Both the position numbers and the translations under genes were made by a program. From a virus (taxonomy: Duplodnaviria > Heunggongvirae > Uroviricota > Caudoviricetes), in IMG/VR virus record IMGVR_UViG_3300037311_000024, positions 1 to 52,349 of that record: 52,349 nt of DNA; one strand, 5' to 3'. The notes below the pieces were generated by a model, which did no database searches, was not told the DNA's origin, and saw only the letters and a program-made list of their open reading frames with translations. Shown one piece after another: positions 44,664 to 52,349 of the stretch (position 1 is the stretch's first letter; each line of letters starts with the position of its first letter).

Positions 44664-46466
44664 TTACGCAGACTGCCTGATGCTATCAAGCGTAATCCTG
44701 TTAAGAACAAAGTCGATACCTTGAACAGGAGTGATAGTAACTTCCACGTTGGCTTTGTTTCCAGAGATGGTTACCGTGAGGTTCTTCCATCCAAGATTCT
44801 CGTTCGTGTCGTCTCCGACGATGATCTCATCTTGCAAGAATGCAGACATGATAGAGATGACCGCGTTCTTGATAGCTTCTGCGCTTCCAGAACGAGCCTT
44901 CTCACCGACGAAGATTGCTTCCAGCTGTTGACGAAGGTTGAAGGCAACATAATCGGCTGCTTCCAACACAGACGGACGATTGTAAACTTCGTTAGCGTCT
45001 TTCGAGTAAGTCGAGTTGTGAACAACGATTCGGATTCCACCGCTGTCAACTTCTTCGAGAGGAAGAAGACCAGCTTGAATGGCCAGGTCAACTTGCGTCT
45101 TAGAGTTGTAGTCTTGATGTTGGATTCCGTTAGCGTTGATTCCTTTGAACGTGGCGGGAGTTCCGACTGGCGTACCAGCTTGAACACCAGCAACGATGCA
45201 AGCTGCTGCCCAAGGATCTTTGAAAGCAAGCTCGCCGTCAGCTCCAAGAACTTCAACGTCTTGGAACAACAACGAAGCGCGTTCGTGATTGAGATCCTGC
45301 GCTGCCGCTTGAGCGCTTGCGAAAGCGGCCTTCTTAGAAACATAGCAGTTGCGTTCGCTGCGATTCTTGGTGTTAGAAGCCGTCACGCAGTGTGTAAGTG
45401 CTTGTGCGTTCACAGCGTCTACGGTAAAGGTAGAAGCTGGGTCAGTTTCTCCGATAGCGATCAAAGCCGAAGCATCTCTCGAAACCAGAGGAACAACGGT
45501 ATTACAACGAAGTGCCAACAACGCGTCAAAACCTGCTTGGAAGCGAGCGTTGGTAGAAGATCCACGAGTTCCGCCGGTCAAGAACTTCTTAGAAGCGACG
45601 GTAGCGATGATGCCTTCCACGTTTGCTACGCGGGTTGCGGAGATCAGCTGAGACTCGCCGTTGATGATGTCAAGGAGTTCATCCTGCTGGGCTCGAAGCG
45701 TCTTAGCCGTCATGATGTCAAGAGCGGTAGAGATCGGGTCGAGATCTGCGGCTGAACGAGAGCTGCGTTGCTTGTAAACGCTGGTGCAGGTATAAGCTGC
45801 GTGAGCGTCGATCAAATCAACGAGCTGCTGAACGGTCTTGCCAGCAAGTGCGATGTTCAGGTTATCCGAAGCGGCTCCGGTGATGGACGTGGTCAACGCG
45901 CCAGAAGCGATGGAAAGAGTAGCTGCCGTACCAGCGCCAACGTATTGGATGACGAGGATAGCTGCGTACTCGTTCTCAGAAAGAACTTCTTTAAGGTCTC
46001 CCTTTTGAACGGTGATGATACGAGCATCGGTGTTCACGACACCTTGCTCGACCTTAACGCTGATCAGGTTTTCGTCTTCTCCGAAGTTGCGAGAAGTAAG
46101 AGTAAATAGGTTTGCAGGAGCTGCGTTCTGAAGAACCAAGCTTGACTGAGTAGCCGAGTTGGTCTTGTAAACGCGGATCAGGCTTGCTCCGTTAGGGACC
46201 CGTGCATCCCGAGCGGGTGCTACGAGGATTCGCGCAGCGTCGACGATGGGGCCGGACTTGTACTTGTCGATCAAAGAAGCGATATCTTCACTGGTGAACG
46301 TCTGAACACCTTCGGAGCTGCCTGGAGCGCCTCCGAGTGCTTCACCGATGATCGCAACGATTCCGGTGGCTGCCAGCGGGAAGCCTCCAGAAAGATTAAC
46401 TCTAGTCTGCGAGTACGCACCTGGTTTCAGGATGTTTGCGCCCGCGAAATTTACGTTGATTGCCAT
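44664..46466 (-). CDS. Tail sheath protein
   Basis: MAINVNFAGANILKPGAYS start, 600 aa, and C-terminal YNRPSVLEAADY...ITPVQGIDFV, typical of contractile sheaths. Confidence 0.93.
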   Translation of the reverse strand: MAINVNFAGANILKPGAYSQTRVNLSGGFPLAATGIVAIIGEALGGAPGSSEGVQTFTSEDIASLIDKYKSGPIVDAARILVAPARDARVPNGASLIRVYKTNSATQSSLVLQNAAPANLFTLTSRNFGEDENLISVKVEQGVVNTDARIITVQKGDLKEVLSENEYAAILVIQYVGAGTAATLSIASGALTTSITGAASDNLNIALAGKTVQQLVDLIDAHAAYTCTSVYKQRSSRSAADLDPISTALDIMTAKTLRAQQDELLDIINGESQLISATRVANVEGIIATVASKKFLTGGTRGSSTNARFQAGFDALLALRCNTVVPLVSRDASALIAIGETDPASTFTVDAVNAQALTHCVTASNTKNRSERNCYVSKKAAFASAQAAAQDLNHERASLLFQDVEVLGADGELAFKDPWAAACIVAGVQAGTPVGTPATFKGINANGIQHQDYNSKTQVDLAIQAGLLPLEEVDSGGIRIVVHNSTYSKDANEVYNRPSVLEAADYVAFNLRQQLEAIFVGEKARSGSAEAIKNAVISIMSAFLQDEIIVGDDTNENLGWKNLTVTISGNKANVEVTITPVQGIDFVLNRITLDSIRQSA

Positions 46467-46483
46467 TCTAAGCTCCTATCGCC

Positions 46484-46717
46484 TCAGTAAGATCCAAAGA
46501 TCTCGTCGAACTGTTTTTCGGTAGCCACCTCAAAGCCTTTTGCTTCCGCGTACTTCTTCATCGGAAACTTATGGTGAGGTTGGACGCTAGGTTTAGTAGC
46601 GAGCAACTTCTTGAAGTACGCATCAAAGCTAAGAACCTCTGAGGGCTCCGTCACTTCCTCGGAAAGCTGTCTACTCTCCGATTCTACTGCATTCTTTCTG
46701 CTTTTTTCTTTATTCAT
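46484..46717 (-). CDS. Hypothetical protein (77 aa)
   Basis: ORF directly upstream of the sheath, with its own -10 element. Confidence 0.7.
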   Translation of the reverse strand: MNKEKSRKNAVESESRQLSEEVTEPSEVLSFDAYFKKLLATKPSVQPHHKFPMKKYAEAKGFEVATEKQFDEIFGSY

Positions 46718-46734
46718 AAGCTCGACTACCCTCT

Positions 46735-46743
46735 ATGATACCA
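46735..46743 (-). promoter_or_regulatory. Extended -10 TGGTATCAT
   Basis: Same TGGTAnnAT pattern as the other structural-region gaps. Confidence 0.55.
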
Positions 46744-46753
46744 CGAAAAACCA

Positions 46754-47689
46754 TCAATCCTCAGAGGTATTGTAAGGGGCTTCCGTGGGGCTTGACGCCG
46801 TCGGTGTGTTTACTTTTACTGTCAGATCGAAGCAGTCGAACACCTTAACGTCTGCCTGATTCCAGATGAAGTCAGAAATACAAGTGATCTCTAGGTACCG
46901 GGTGTAGATGTTCTCGCCCTGATATTCGTCGTCCCTGTCAAATACTCTACCAGTGCCTCGGTCCAAAGTAAGACCTCTAGTGATCATGGCCTCTTGTCTT
47001 GACTTTAAGATCCAGATCAATATATAGTATAGAAATTTAGTCAAGTGAATGTCGTTGCTGGCATGAACACCAATCATGATCTTCTCGCGAAGACGAACCA
47101 TTCGACGATCGTACCTTGTGAAGTCTATGGAACTGATGACCTGTCCGGGTAGTGTCAGCTCAGGAGTATTTCCATTGTTGACCAAAGTAATATACTTATT
47201 TCCGGACATGTTGCTGATGGGTGCTTTAATCTCAAAGGTAATGTCGTTAGAGTCCTTGAACAGCATGCCAGCGCAGACGGTGCTTAGGTCTACTCCGGGG
47301 TCTATCGTAAGTTTTCCGGAAACCACATCAAAGGCGGTCGGTTGAACGGTAGCAAGAATTACTTCCGGCTCCTTAGGGTTCTCGACCTCTAGGTAATCGT
47401 TTCCGAGATTCTGAATCGATTCTTCTTCGTCAGCGTTTAGTAGTTGGATGCTAAAGCATGGAATGTGTGAAGGAACTTGGGACCAAGCGTGAACGATCTT
47501 GATCTGCTTGCGGTTGTTAGTAAAGAAGGTTTTGATCTCGTCGATCTTGTTCTGACCGTACTGGTTAAGAAAGTGCGCTTCCTTAAGACGACCAAAGATG
47601 TCGTCTAGGATGTTTGGGTTTGATTTTATCTCGCCTAATCCATCGCGAAGGATGGTCTCTAGGACGAGTTCTGTCATAGGTGCTGGCAT
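46754..47689 (-). CDS. Tail terminator / sheath-stabilising neck protein
   Basis: Position before the sheath; PCFSIQL..ADEEE and YLIWILKS...RYLEITC resemble the tail-completion fold. Confidence 0.65.
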   Translation of the reverse strand: MPAPMTELVLETILRDGLGEIKSNPNILDDIFGRLKEAHFLNQYGQNKIDEIKTFFTNNRKQIKIVHAWSQVPSHIPCFSIQLLNADEEESIQNLGNDYLEVENPKEPEVILATVQPTAFDVVSGKLTIDPGVDLSTVCAGMLFKDSNDITFEIKAPISNMSGNKYITLVNNGNTPELTLPGQVISSIDFTRYDRRMVRLREKIMIGVHASNDIHLTKFLYYILIWILKSRQEAMITRGLTLDRGTGRVFDRDDEYQGENIYTRYLEITCISDFIWNQADVKVFDCFDLTVKVNTPTASSPTEAPYNTSED

Positions 47690-48366
47690 TACAGAAACCT
47701 CTCCAATATCTTATCAAAATTGTTTTCAAGATACAAGCCGAGGTCGTCCAACACCTTAGCGCCTTGAAAGGGCGATTTTGGCCACACGCTGTCTTCCGTA
47801 ACTCTTCGAATCGTAAGATAACTGGTCTTCTTAGACTTAGGGGACACGTTCTTTATGATGTCTTGAACCCTAGTCGCCATGACCTGTTTCTTCTTAACTC
47901 CGCCCTTCTTCCAGTCGGAGGTTGTAATAGACTTCAGCATGGCGTCCGCGTCTTTAAAAGCTGCTACGCTGACCTTAGGTCCGCTCTTTCCAAGCGATAT
48001 TTGACCCATAGCGTCTGCGTCTTTTGCGATCGGGACGTCTACGTAATCTTTGCCTTCAGCGCGGTTTACGTCTGCTCGGTTACCAGACATGATGGCTTTG
48101 GACACCTCTCCGGTTTCCATGCCATCTTCCATCCAGTTAGCGAGCTTTCCATCTATGGATATGATATAGAAGTCGTTGTTTACCTTGTTGATCTTAAACC
48201 CGCTGAGCCACTTTGAAAGTCCGGTTTTCAACTTCCTAGAAGCTAAAAGCTTGGCGTGACTGTCTGCTTCGGTCATCATGGCGGATACCCCGGCTTCAAA
48301 CCTAGAGCGAATTCCGTCGACTACGTCGGTAAAGTCTAACCCATCAAAAGACAGCTTAAGTCTCAT
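47689..48366 (-). CDS. Neck / tail-completion protein
   Basis: Position between the head-closure and terminator genes; LANWMEDG...YVDVP pattern. Confidence 0.55.
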   Translation of the reverse strand: MRLKLSFDGLDFTDVVDGIRSRFEAGVSAMMTEADSHAKLLASRKLKTGLSKWLSGFKINKVNNDFYIISIDGKLANWMEDGMETGEVSKAIMSGNRADVNRAEGKDYVDVPIAKDADAMGQISLGKSGPKVSVAAFKDADAMLKSITTSDWKKGGVKKKQVMATRVQDIIKNVSPKSKKTSYLTIRRVTEDSVWPKSPFQGAKVLDDLGLYLENNFDKILERFL

Positions 48367-48375
48367 GCTGCCTCC

Positions 48376-49143
48376 TTAAGGTTCATTCGGATCGTAGTAT
48401 TGGTTATCGTTGATGATGTTGCCGTCTTGATCTCGACGCTCGAGTAGGTAATCCCTCTTCAGAATCCAAGTCTCTGGAAGCTTGACGTAGGTACGATCTC
48501 CTACGGTCTTTTTAGGAGCTTGGATGTTTTCAGGTCGGATGTTATATTGGCTGTACCGATCTCTGTGTAACGCTTTTACGGCGCGAAACACGGGATGATG
48601 TTGGTAGTAGATCGAGTACACATCTTTGTCGGAAGGCTTATGAGTGCCAGTCCACTTGATGTTCCCGTTCACGTCGATCTGAAAGTCTGCTCCTTCGAAG
48701 TACTCAGTCTTGACGTTACCGGCAGCGCTAAACACTCCTAAGATCTTACAGGCAGGATATTTCAGCTTATCGGTGTCTGAGCCTTCTTGTCTTTGAACAA
48801 GCTCGAAGAAGTCTTCTGCAAAGTCTAAAATTTGAACCTTAGCAAAGATGTGAAGGGTAACGTCGGACTTAAAAGTCATGAGAACTTCGTCCATGCTGAA
48901 GGTACCTTCTAGCTTGAACTTTTCGACAAGATCTTGCTGTTGTATCAAAGCAACCGTCTCACGACATGCAAAGTCGATCATGTTGTTATTACAGATCGTG
49001 CAGTTCACGTTGTGGTCCATCGACTCGATGCTCTGAAGATTAGGGCATACAGTCGACTTCCAGATCTTGATGCGGACTCCGAGGTCTTCAATCTGCTGAT
49101 TAAGCCGATCAACCTCGATTCCGTTAGTTACCCTTTTTGACAT
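48376..49143 (-). CDS. Head closure / neck protein
   Basis: CP...C..C motif, FAKVQILDF and YSIYYQHHP; position in the neck cluster. Confidence 0.6.
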   Translation of the reverse strand: MSKRVTNGIEVDRLNQQIEDLGVRIKIWKSTVCPNLQSIESMDHNVNCTICNNNMIDFACRETVALIQQQDLVEKFKLEGTFSMDEVLMTFKSDVTLHIFAKVQILDFAEDFFELVQRQEGSDTDKLKYPACKILGVFSAAGNVKTEYFEGADFQIDVNGNIKWTGTHKPSDKDVYSIYYQHHPVFRAVKALHRDRYSQYNIRPENIQAPKKTVGDRTYVKLPETWILKRDYLLERRDQDGNIINDNQYYDPNEP

Positions 49144-49150
49144 CTAAACC

Positions 49151-49591
49151 TTAAGCCTTTGGTTGCTTACGGTCCATCTGAGGACCCCAGCACTTCTTAG
49201 CCTTGTCTTTCATCTTCATGAGAAGCTTTTCTTTCTTCTCATCTTTGTCTTCCTTAGCCTTTGCGATGCGTGCTTCGATCTCCTCTAAGATCTTTTCGCG
49301 GTCTTCGGGTTTCACGTTCTCGTAAGGATCAGTAGACTTCTTGATCGGCTCAGCTTTGAGCTTAGCAAGCTCTTCGGCGGATAGGCTTTGATTCTTGGTA
49401 GAACTTTGATACTTCTTCTCATAATCCATGGGAGAAGCTTTGATGTTGGAAAGCTCGTTTCCGGTAGAACCTTGAACCAGCTTTGAACCTAAGCTAAACT
49501 CCTTAAACAATCCATCAGAAAGTTTAGGTTTAGCTGGTTCCGCTGGCGCGGCTGCTTCAGTGGCTTTTTGTTCTTTGACTTGTTCGCTCAT
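49151..49591 (-). CDS. Charged hypothetical protein, possible internal head protein
   Basis: K/E-rich, with IKAS and IKKST motifs. Confidence 0.65.
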   Translation of the reverse strand: MSEQVKEQKATEAAAPAEPAKPKLSDGLFKEFSLGSKLVQGSTGNELSNIKASPMDYEKKYQSSTKNQSLSAEELAKLKAEPIKKSTDPYENVKPEDREKILEEIEARIAKAKEDKDEKKEKLLMKMKDKAKKCWGPQMDRKQPKA

Positions 49592-49956
49592 GACTGTCTC
49601 CTCTTAAATTTCGAGATAAACTCTCGAATACTGTCTTCTCTGACGATCTCAGCAATACCTTCTTGGATCGACTTAGAAATCTTCTTACGACCGGATAAAC
49701 CGCCGTCTTTCATATAACGCTTGTGACCAGAAGCCTCTTGAATGTACCTACCGCCGCGAGCGCCTACCGACACCGACGCTGGTTTGTGCTTCTTCTGCTC
49801 CTGCTCTTTAACCTTCTTTGGTTTCCGACGCTTAGGCTTGGTAACACCTTCGATGTTAACACCTCCCTCGGTCTGTTTACGCTCCTTCTTGTTGCGTTCA
49901 CGGAGTTTTGCCCTTACCGTTTCTCGGATCTTCTCCTTAAGCTTACTACTTGGCAC
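49588..49956 (-). CDS. Highly basic protein, possible internal head / DNA-binding protein
   Basis: K/R-rich, with GARGGRYIQEASGHKRY and ISKSI. Confidence 0.65.
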   Translation of the reverse strand: MPSSKLKEKIRETVRAKLRERNKKERKQTEGGVNIEGVTKPKRRKPKKVKEQEQKKHKPASVSVGARGGRYIQEASGHKRYMKDGGLSGRKKISKSIQEGIAEIVREDSIREFISKFKRRQS

Positions 49957-50758
49957 TTGAGCCTCCTTTTAACTTCTTGTGAGAGGTTTTTACCGCCTCT
50001 ATCAGATCATGAAACATCTTACGCGCTTTGTCACCTTGACTGAACACTTTGTCCATCGTAGAGGTTGGAACGCCGGTTCTAGCAGATGGTTTACCAGATT
50101 CATCAACTTCTTTAGTGTTGTGGGCGCGTTGCATGTGGTAGAACTTTGCCTTCTCTTGAAGCCAGGACTCGGCCATCTTGGATATCTTCTCTCGATCGTC
50201 TTTGTGAACTTTCTGCTCGATGTCCATCATGGTTCGCTCAAACTTGGAACGAAGCTCCATAGACACAGCTCTAGGGTCTTTGGCGTCACCGTGAGGGTCG
50301 TCGTGTACGGTTCCTTCAGATACCTTAACCCATACAGCTGGGTTGGCTTGAATCTTCTTATACTGCTGCCCATCCCGTCCGCTTGTGACGGTTCCTACCG
50401 GCTGGCCCCGAGTCTGACTAGATGGAGACTTTGGCTGCTTTGCGTACGCGGCGTTAGCTGCCGCTCTAGTAACTCCGACCTTAGGTCCGGGTCCGCTGAT
50501 CTGAGCTTTCTCGATGTTCAGCACTCCGAGACACTTGCAGCTACCTTTCTTGATCATCAGCCTAAGCTGATTAGTTGGGTAGGCGATCCTAGACTTCCTC
50601 TCGTCTTCGACGATGGTGTATCCTTTGTCGTGGCACGATATAACCTTGTAAACGTGATTGAACATCTCCAACCTCTCACCATGAGAGAGCATTGGTTTGA
50701 ATCCGTTTAGAGACTTCTCAAGTCTTTGGTTAAGTGCGAAGACTTTAGGATCGTTCAT
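49946..50758 (-). CDS. Possible internal head protein
   Basis: LEKSL, IEKAQ and GQPVGTVTSGRDGQQYKK motifs. Confidence 0.65.
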   Translation of the reverse strand: MNDPKVFALNQRLEKSLNGFKPMLSHGERLEMFNHVYKVISCHDKGYTIVEDERKSRIAYPTNQLRLMIKKGSCKCLGVLNIEKAQISGPGPKVGVTRAAANAAYAKQPKSPSSQTRGQPVGTVTSGRDGQQYKKIQANPAVWVKVSEGTVHDDPHGDAKDPRAVSMELRSKFERTMMDIEQKVHKDDREKISKMAESWLQEKAKFYHMQRAHNTKEVDESGKPSARTGVPTSTMDKVFSQGDKARKMFHDLIEAVKTSHKKLKGGSSAK

Positions 50759-51707
50759 CCTCGTCCTCCATGCGGGTAAGAGCGTCTACGAACTGACAGA
50801 ACGAATCTTCGTGTTGCTCCCAGTTCGCAAGAAGTTCTTTTGCTGCAGCTTGATCGCTTTGAAGCGGAATGTACTCCGCGTGCTTTTTTCTCCAAGAAGT
50901 GATGGCTTTACGTAGCGTGTCTTTTTGAGCTGCTTTTCCTAGCTTAAAATCATTCACGAAGTCTCTGACAGACTTTCGAATCTCAAGCTCAAACTCTCCG
51001 TACTTGATCTTAATTCCTTTGACGTTCAACGATTGACGCTCGAGTGCGTCGATGCGGTTGTGAACCATGTCGATACGATCGTGTGCTGCCATTGCTAGAT
51101 CTTTATCCGTAGGAGGACTTGGGCTAGCTTCAGCTACTTCGGCCTGAGCGATTGACGGTACTAAACTTTTCAGCTCTAACATCTTGGAGATGATCTCTAC
51201 GGTCTGAGAGTCAAACTTCTCTACGATCTGCCCATCGCGATCTTGAAAGTGACCATGATACAGTCCAGCCTCTCTTTGAGACAGTGTAAGGATTCCGGTT
51301 GGGAAAGGAATCTTAGCAACGGACCCGTCTGCTTTTAGCAGTCCTGAGTGAAGCTTGATATATTCGATGAGCTTAGGGTTGGTGGTCTTCTCGGCCACCA
51401 TCTGGTCTGTAGAGTCAACTGATACGGTGGTCTCTTTGAAGTCTATCGACTTCTTCATCTTCTTTTTTACAAAAGCTTTGGCCTTTGATTTTGGTCTACA
51501 AGATCCTTCAGAGTAAGGCTTCTTACCGGGAGTAGGTTCATAACCATCCCAGCATCGAGACTTTTGTGCTGCGTCAAGTTCTTTCTCTTGCTCGTCAGCT
51601 TCGCGCTTGTCGTCTTTTCTTGAAGGCGAACGAAGAACTTGCAAGAGCTTCTTGTGCTCTTTTACGAACTCCTTCATCGGTATTTTTACGGTCTTCTTCT
51701 TACTCAT
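50745..51707 (-). CDS. Possible internal head protein (multi-module)
   Basis: EFVKEHKKLL, CWDGYEPTPGKKPYSEGSC, MKKSID, LLKAD and IRKSV. Confidence 0.65.
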   Translation of the reverse strand: MSKKKTVKIPMKEFVKEHKKLLQVLRSPSRKDDKREADEQEKELDAAQKSRCWDGYEPTPGKKPYSEGSCRPKSKAKAFVKKKMKKSIDFKETTVSVDSTDQMVAEKTTNPKLIEYIKLHSGLLKADGSVAKIPFPTGILTLSQREAGLYHGHFQDRDGQIVEKFDSQTVEIISKMLELKSLVPSIAQAEVAEASPSPPTDKDLAMAAHDRIDMVHNRIDALERQSLNVKGIKIKYGEFELEIRKSVRDFVNDFKLGKAAQKDTLRKAITSWRKKHAEYIPLQSDQAAAKELLANWEQHEDSFCQFVDALTRMEDEDERS

Positions 51708-51709
51708 AG

Positions 51710-52348
51710 TTAACCTACCACTGATGGGATTCCAGCGTAAAACTTCTTAACAGCGCTGATGTATTCTTTGAGAGATTTTCTGTAAGAGTCGATTCGGGCC
51801 GAGTAGACACTATACATAGCAGACGCTGCTAGCTGTTTACTGGTGCTTGCTCCGTCTAAGCTTACAGTTTCTCCGGTCACGCCTGGTCCGAGTGTGATAT
51901 CTCCCAAGATTTCAAAAGTACGAATAGCGGCTTGCATGCCGACCATCTCGTTAATCAAAACGGGAATCTTGTCGTGACAGAATCCGGCCTTGTACTTGAT
52001 CTTAAATAAGTGAGGCCAGTGATCTCTGGTTCCGTATATGAGAGGAACATATGATCCGCCTTGCGTGATTACGAGTCCAGAGAAGCTCCCTTCTACGGGA
52101 GACAGCTGAACTTGACCGCTCTCTTTTTCTACTACAATCCAGTCTTGCGGAAATACGACAAGGTCTTGGCTATTAGGAAACTTGGCTCTAAAATCTGAAA
52201 CTTCTATAACCGGACGCTTTTTTAATTGAATAAAATTAAAATTTACGTAGTCAACGGCACGGTAGTCGTACTCTTCTTCAAACTCAGTTTCGCTGATAAT
52301 GATATCCAGAGTATGCTCTAAATATGAAACTGCGGCGTTAATTTGATG
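51710..52348 (-). CDS. Head-tail adaptor (neck protein 1); 5' end lies beyond the window
   Basis: The frame is open from the window edge (HQINAAVSYLEHTLDIII...IKYKAGFCHDKIP...SVSLDG-like VSLDG...). The track's 82-aa ORF is only the C-terminal part. Confidence 0.8.
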   Translation of the reverse strand, partial: HQINAAVSYLEHTLDIIISETEFEEEYDYRAVDYVNFNFIQLKKRPVIEVSDFRAKFPNSQDLVVFPQDWIVVEKESGQVQLSPVEGSFSGLVITQGGSYVPLIYGTRDHWPHLFKIKYKAGFCHDKIPVLINEMVGMQAAIRTFEILGDITLGPGVTGETVSLDGASTSKQLAASAMYSVYSARIDSYRKSLKEYISAVKKFYAGIPSVVG

Positions 52349-52349
52349 C

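Noticed and set aside
44721-45755. Long plus-strand ORFs (e.g. 344 aa opposite the sheath, 243 aa at 49979..50710, and many shorter ones)
   Set aside because: They are antisense shadows of well-supported minus-strand genes with biased codon usage, and they show no motifs or RBS.
51710-51958. 82-aa ORF as listed in the track
   Set aside because: The frame stays open to the window edge, so it is the 3' part of a longer adaptor gene.
1-52349. Stop-codon reassignment
   Set aside because: Genes are full length and tightly packed under the standard code, and TAA, TAG and TGA all terminate genes.
1-52349. tRNA, rRNA or integrase/att features
   Set aside because: No intergenic gap is large enough or shows a cloverleaf pattern, and no recombinase motifs were seen.

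Overview
This is a 52-kb segment of a large tailed dsDNA phage with a contractile (myovirus-type) tail. It is almost gap-free, uses the standard genetic code, and nearly all genes are on the minus strand. In transcription order (right to left) it carries: a partial head-tail adaptor; four highly charged Lys-Ser/Lys-Ala-motif proteins (likely internal head proteins); neck and tail-terminator genes; sheath; tube; two tail chaperones; a short tape measure protein; hub; spike; baseplate wedge proteins; several fibre-attachment proteins; and three paralogous, mosaic tail-fibre/receptor-binding genes. A two-gene plus-strand island follows (UvsW-like SF2 helicase and a Zn-ribbon protein). Next is a minus-strand replication/recombination block: GroEL-like chaperonin with no adjacent GroES, Cas4-like Fe-S nuclease, Rad52/Sak-like annealing protein, AEP primase-DnaB helicase fusion, family A DNA polymerase with Leu at position 762, metallophosphoesterase, dNMP kinase and a CYTH protein. 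Small membrane/lysis-type genes sit at the left edge. I saw no tRNA, rRNA, CRISPR array, integrase, reverse transcriptase or intein. The most notable signals are the modular fibre triplet with exact DNA repeats at module joints, a recurring extended -10 plus AAGAATAAG leader motif, back-to-back possibly leaderless promoters, the stand-alone chaperonin, and non-canonical catalytic residues in the replisome. All family assignments come from motif recognition by eye; no database search was run.
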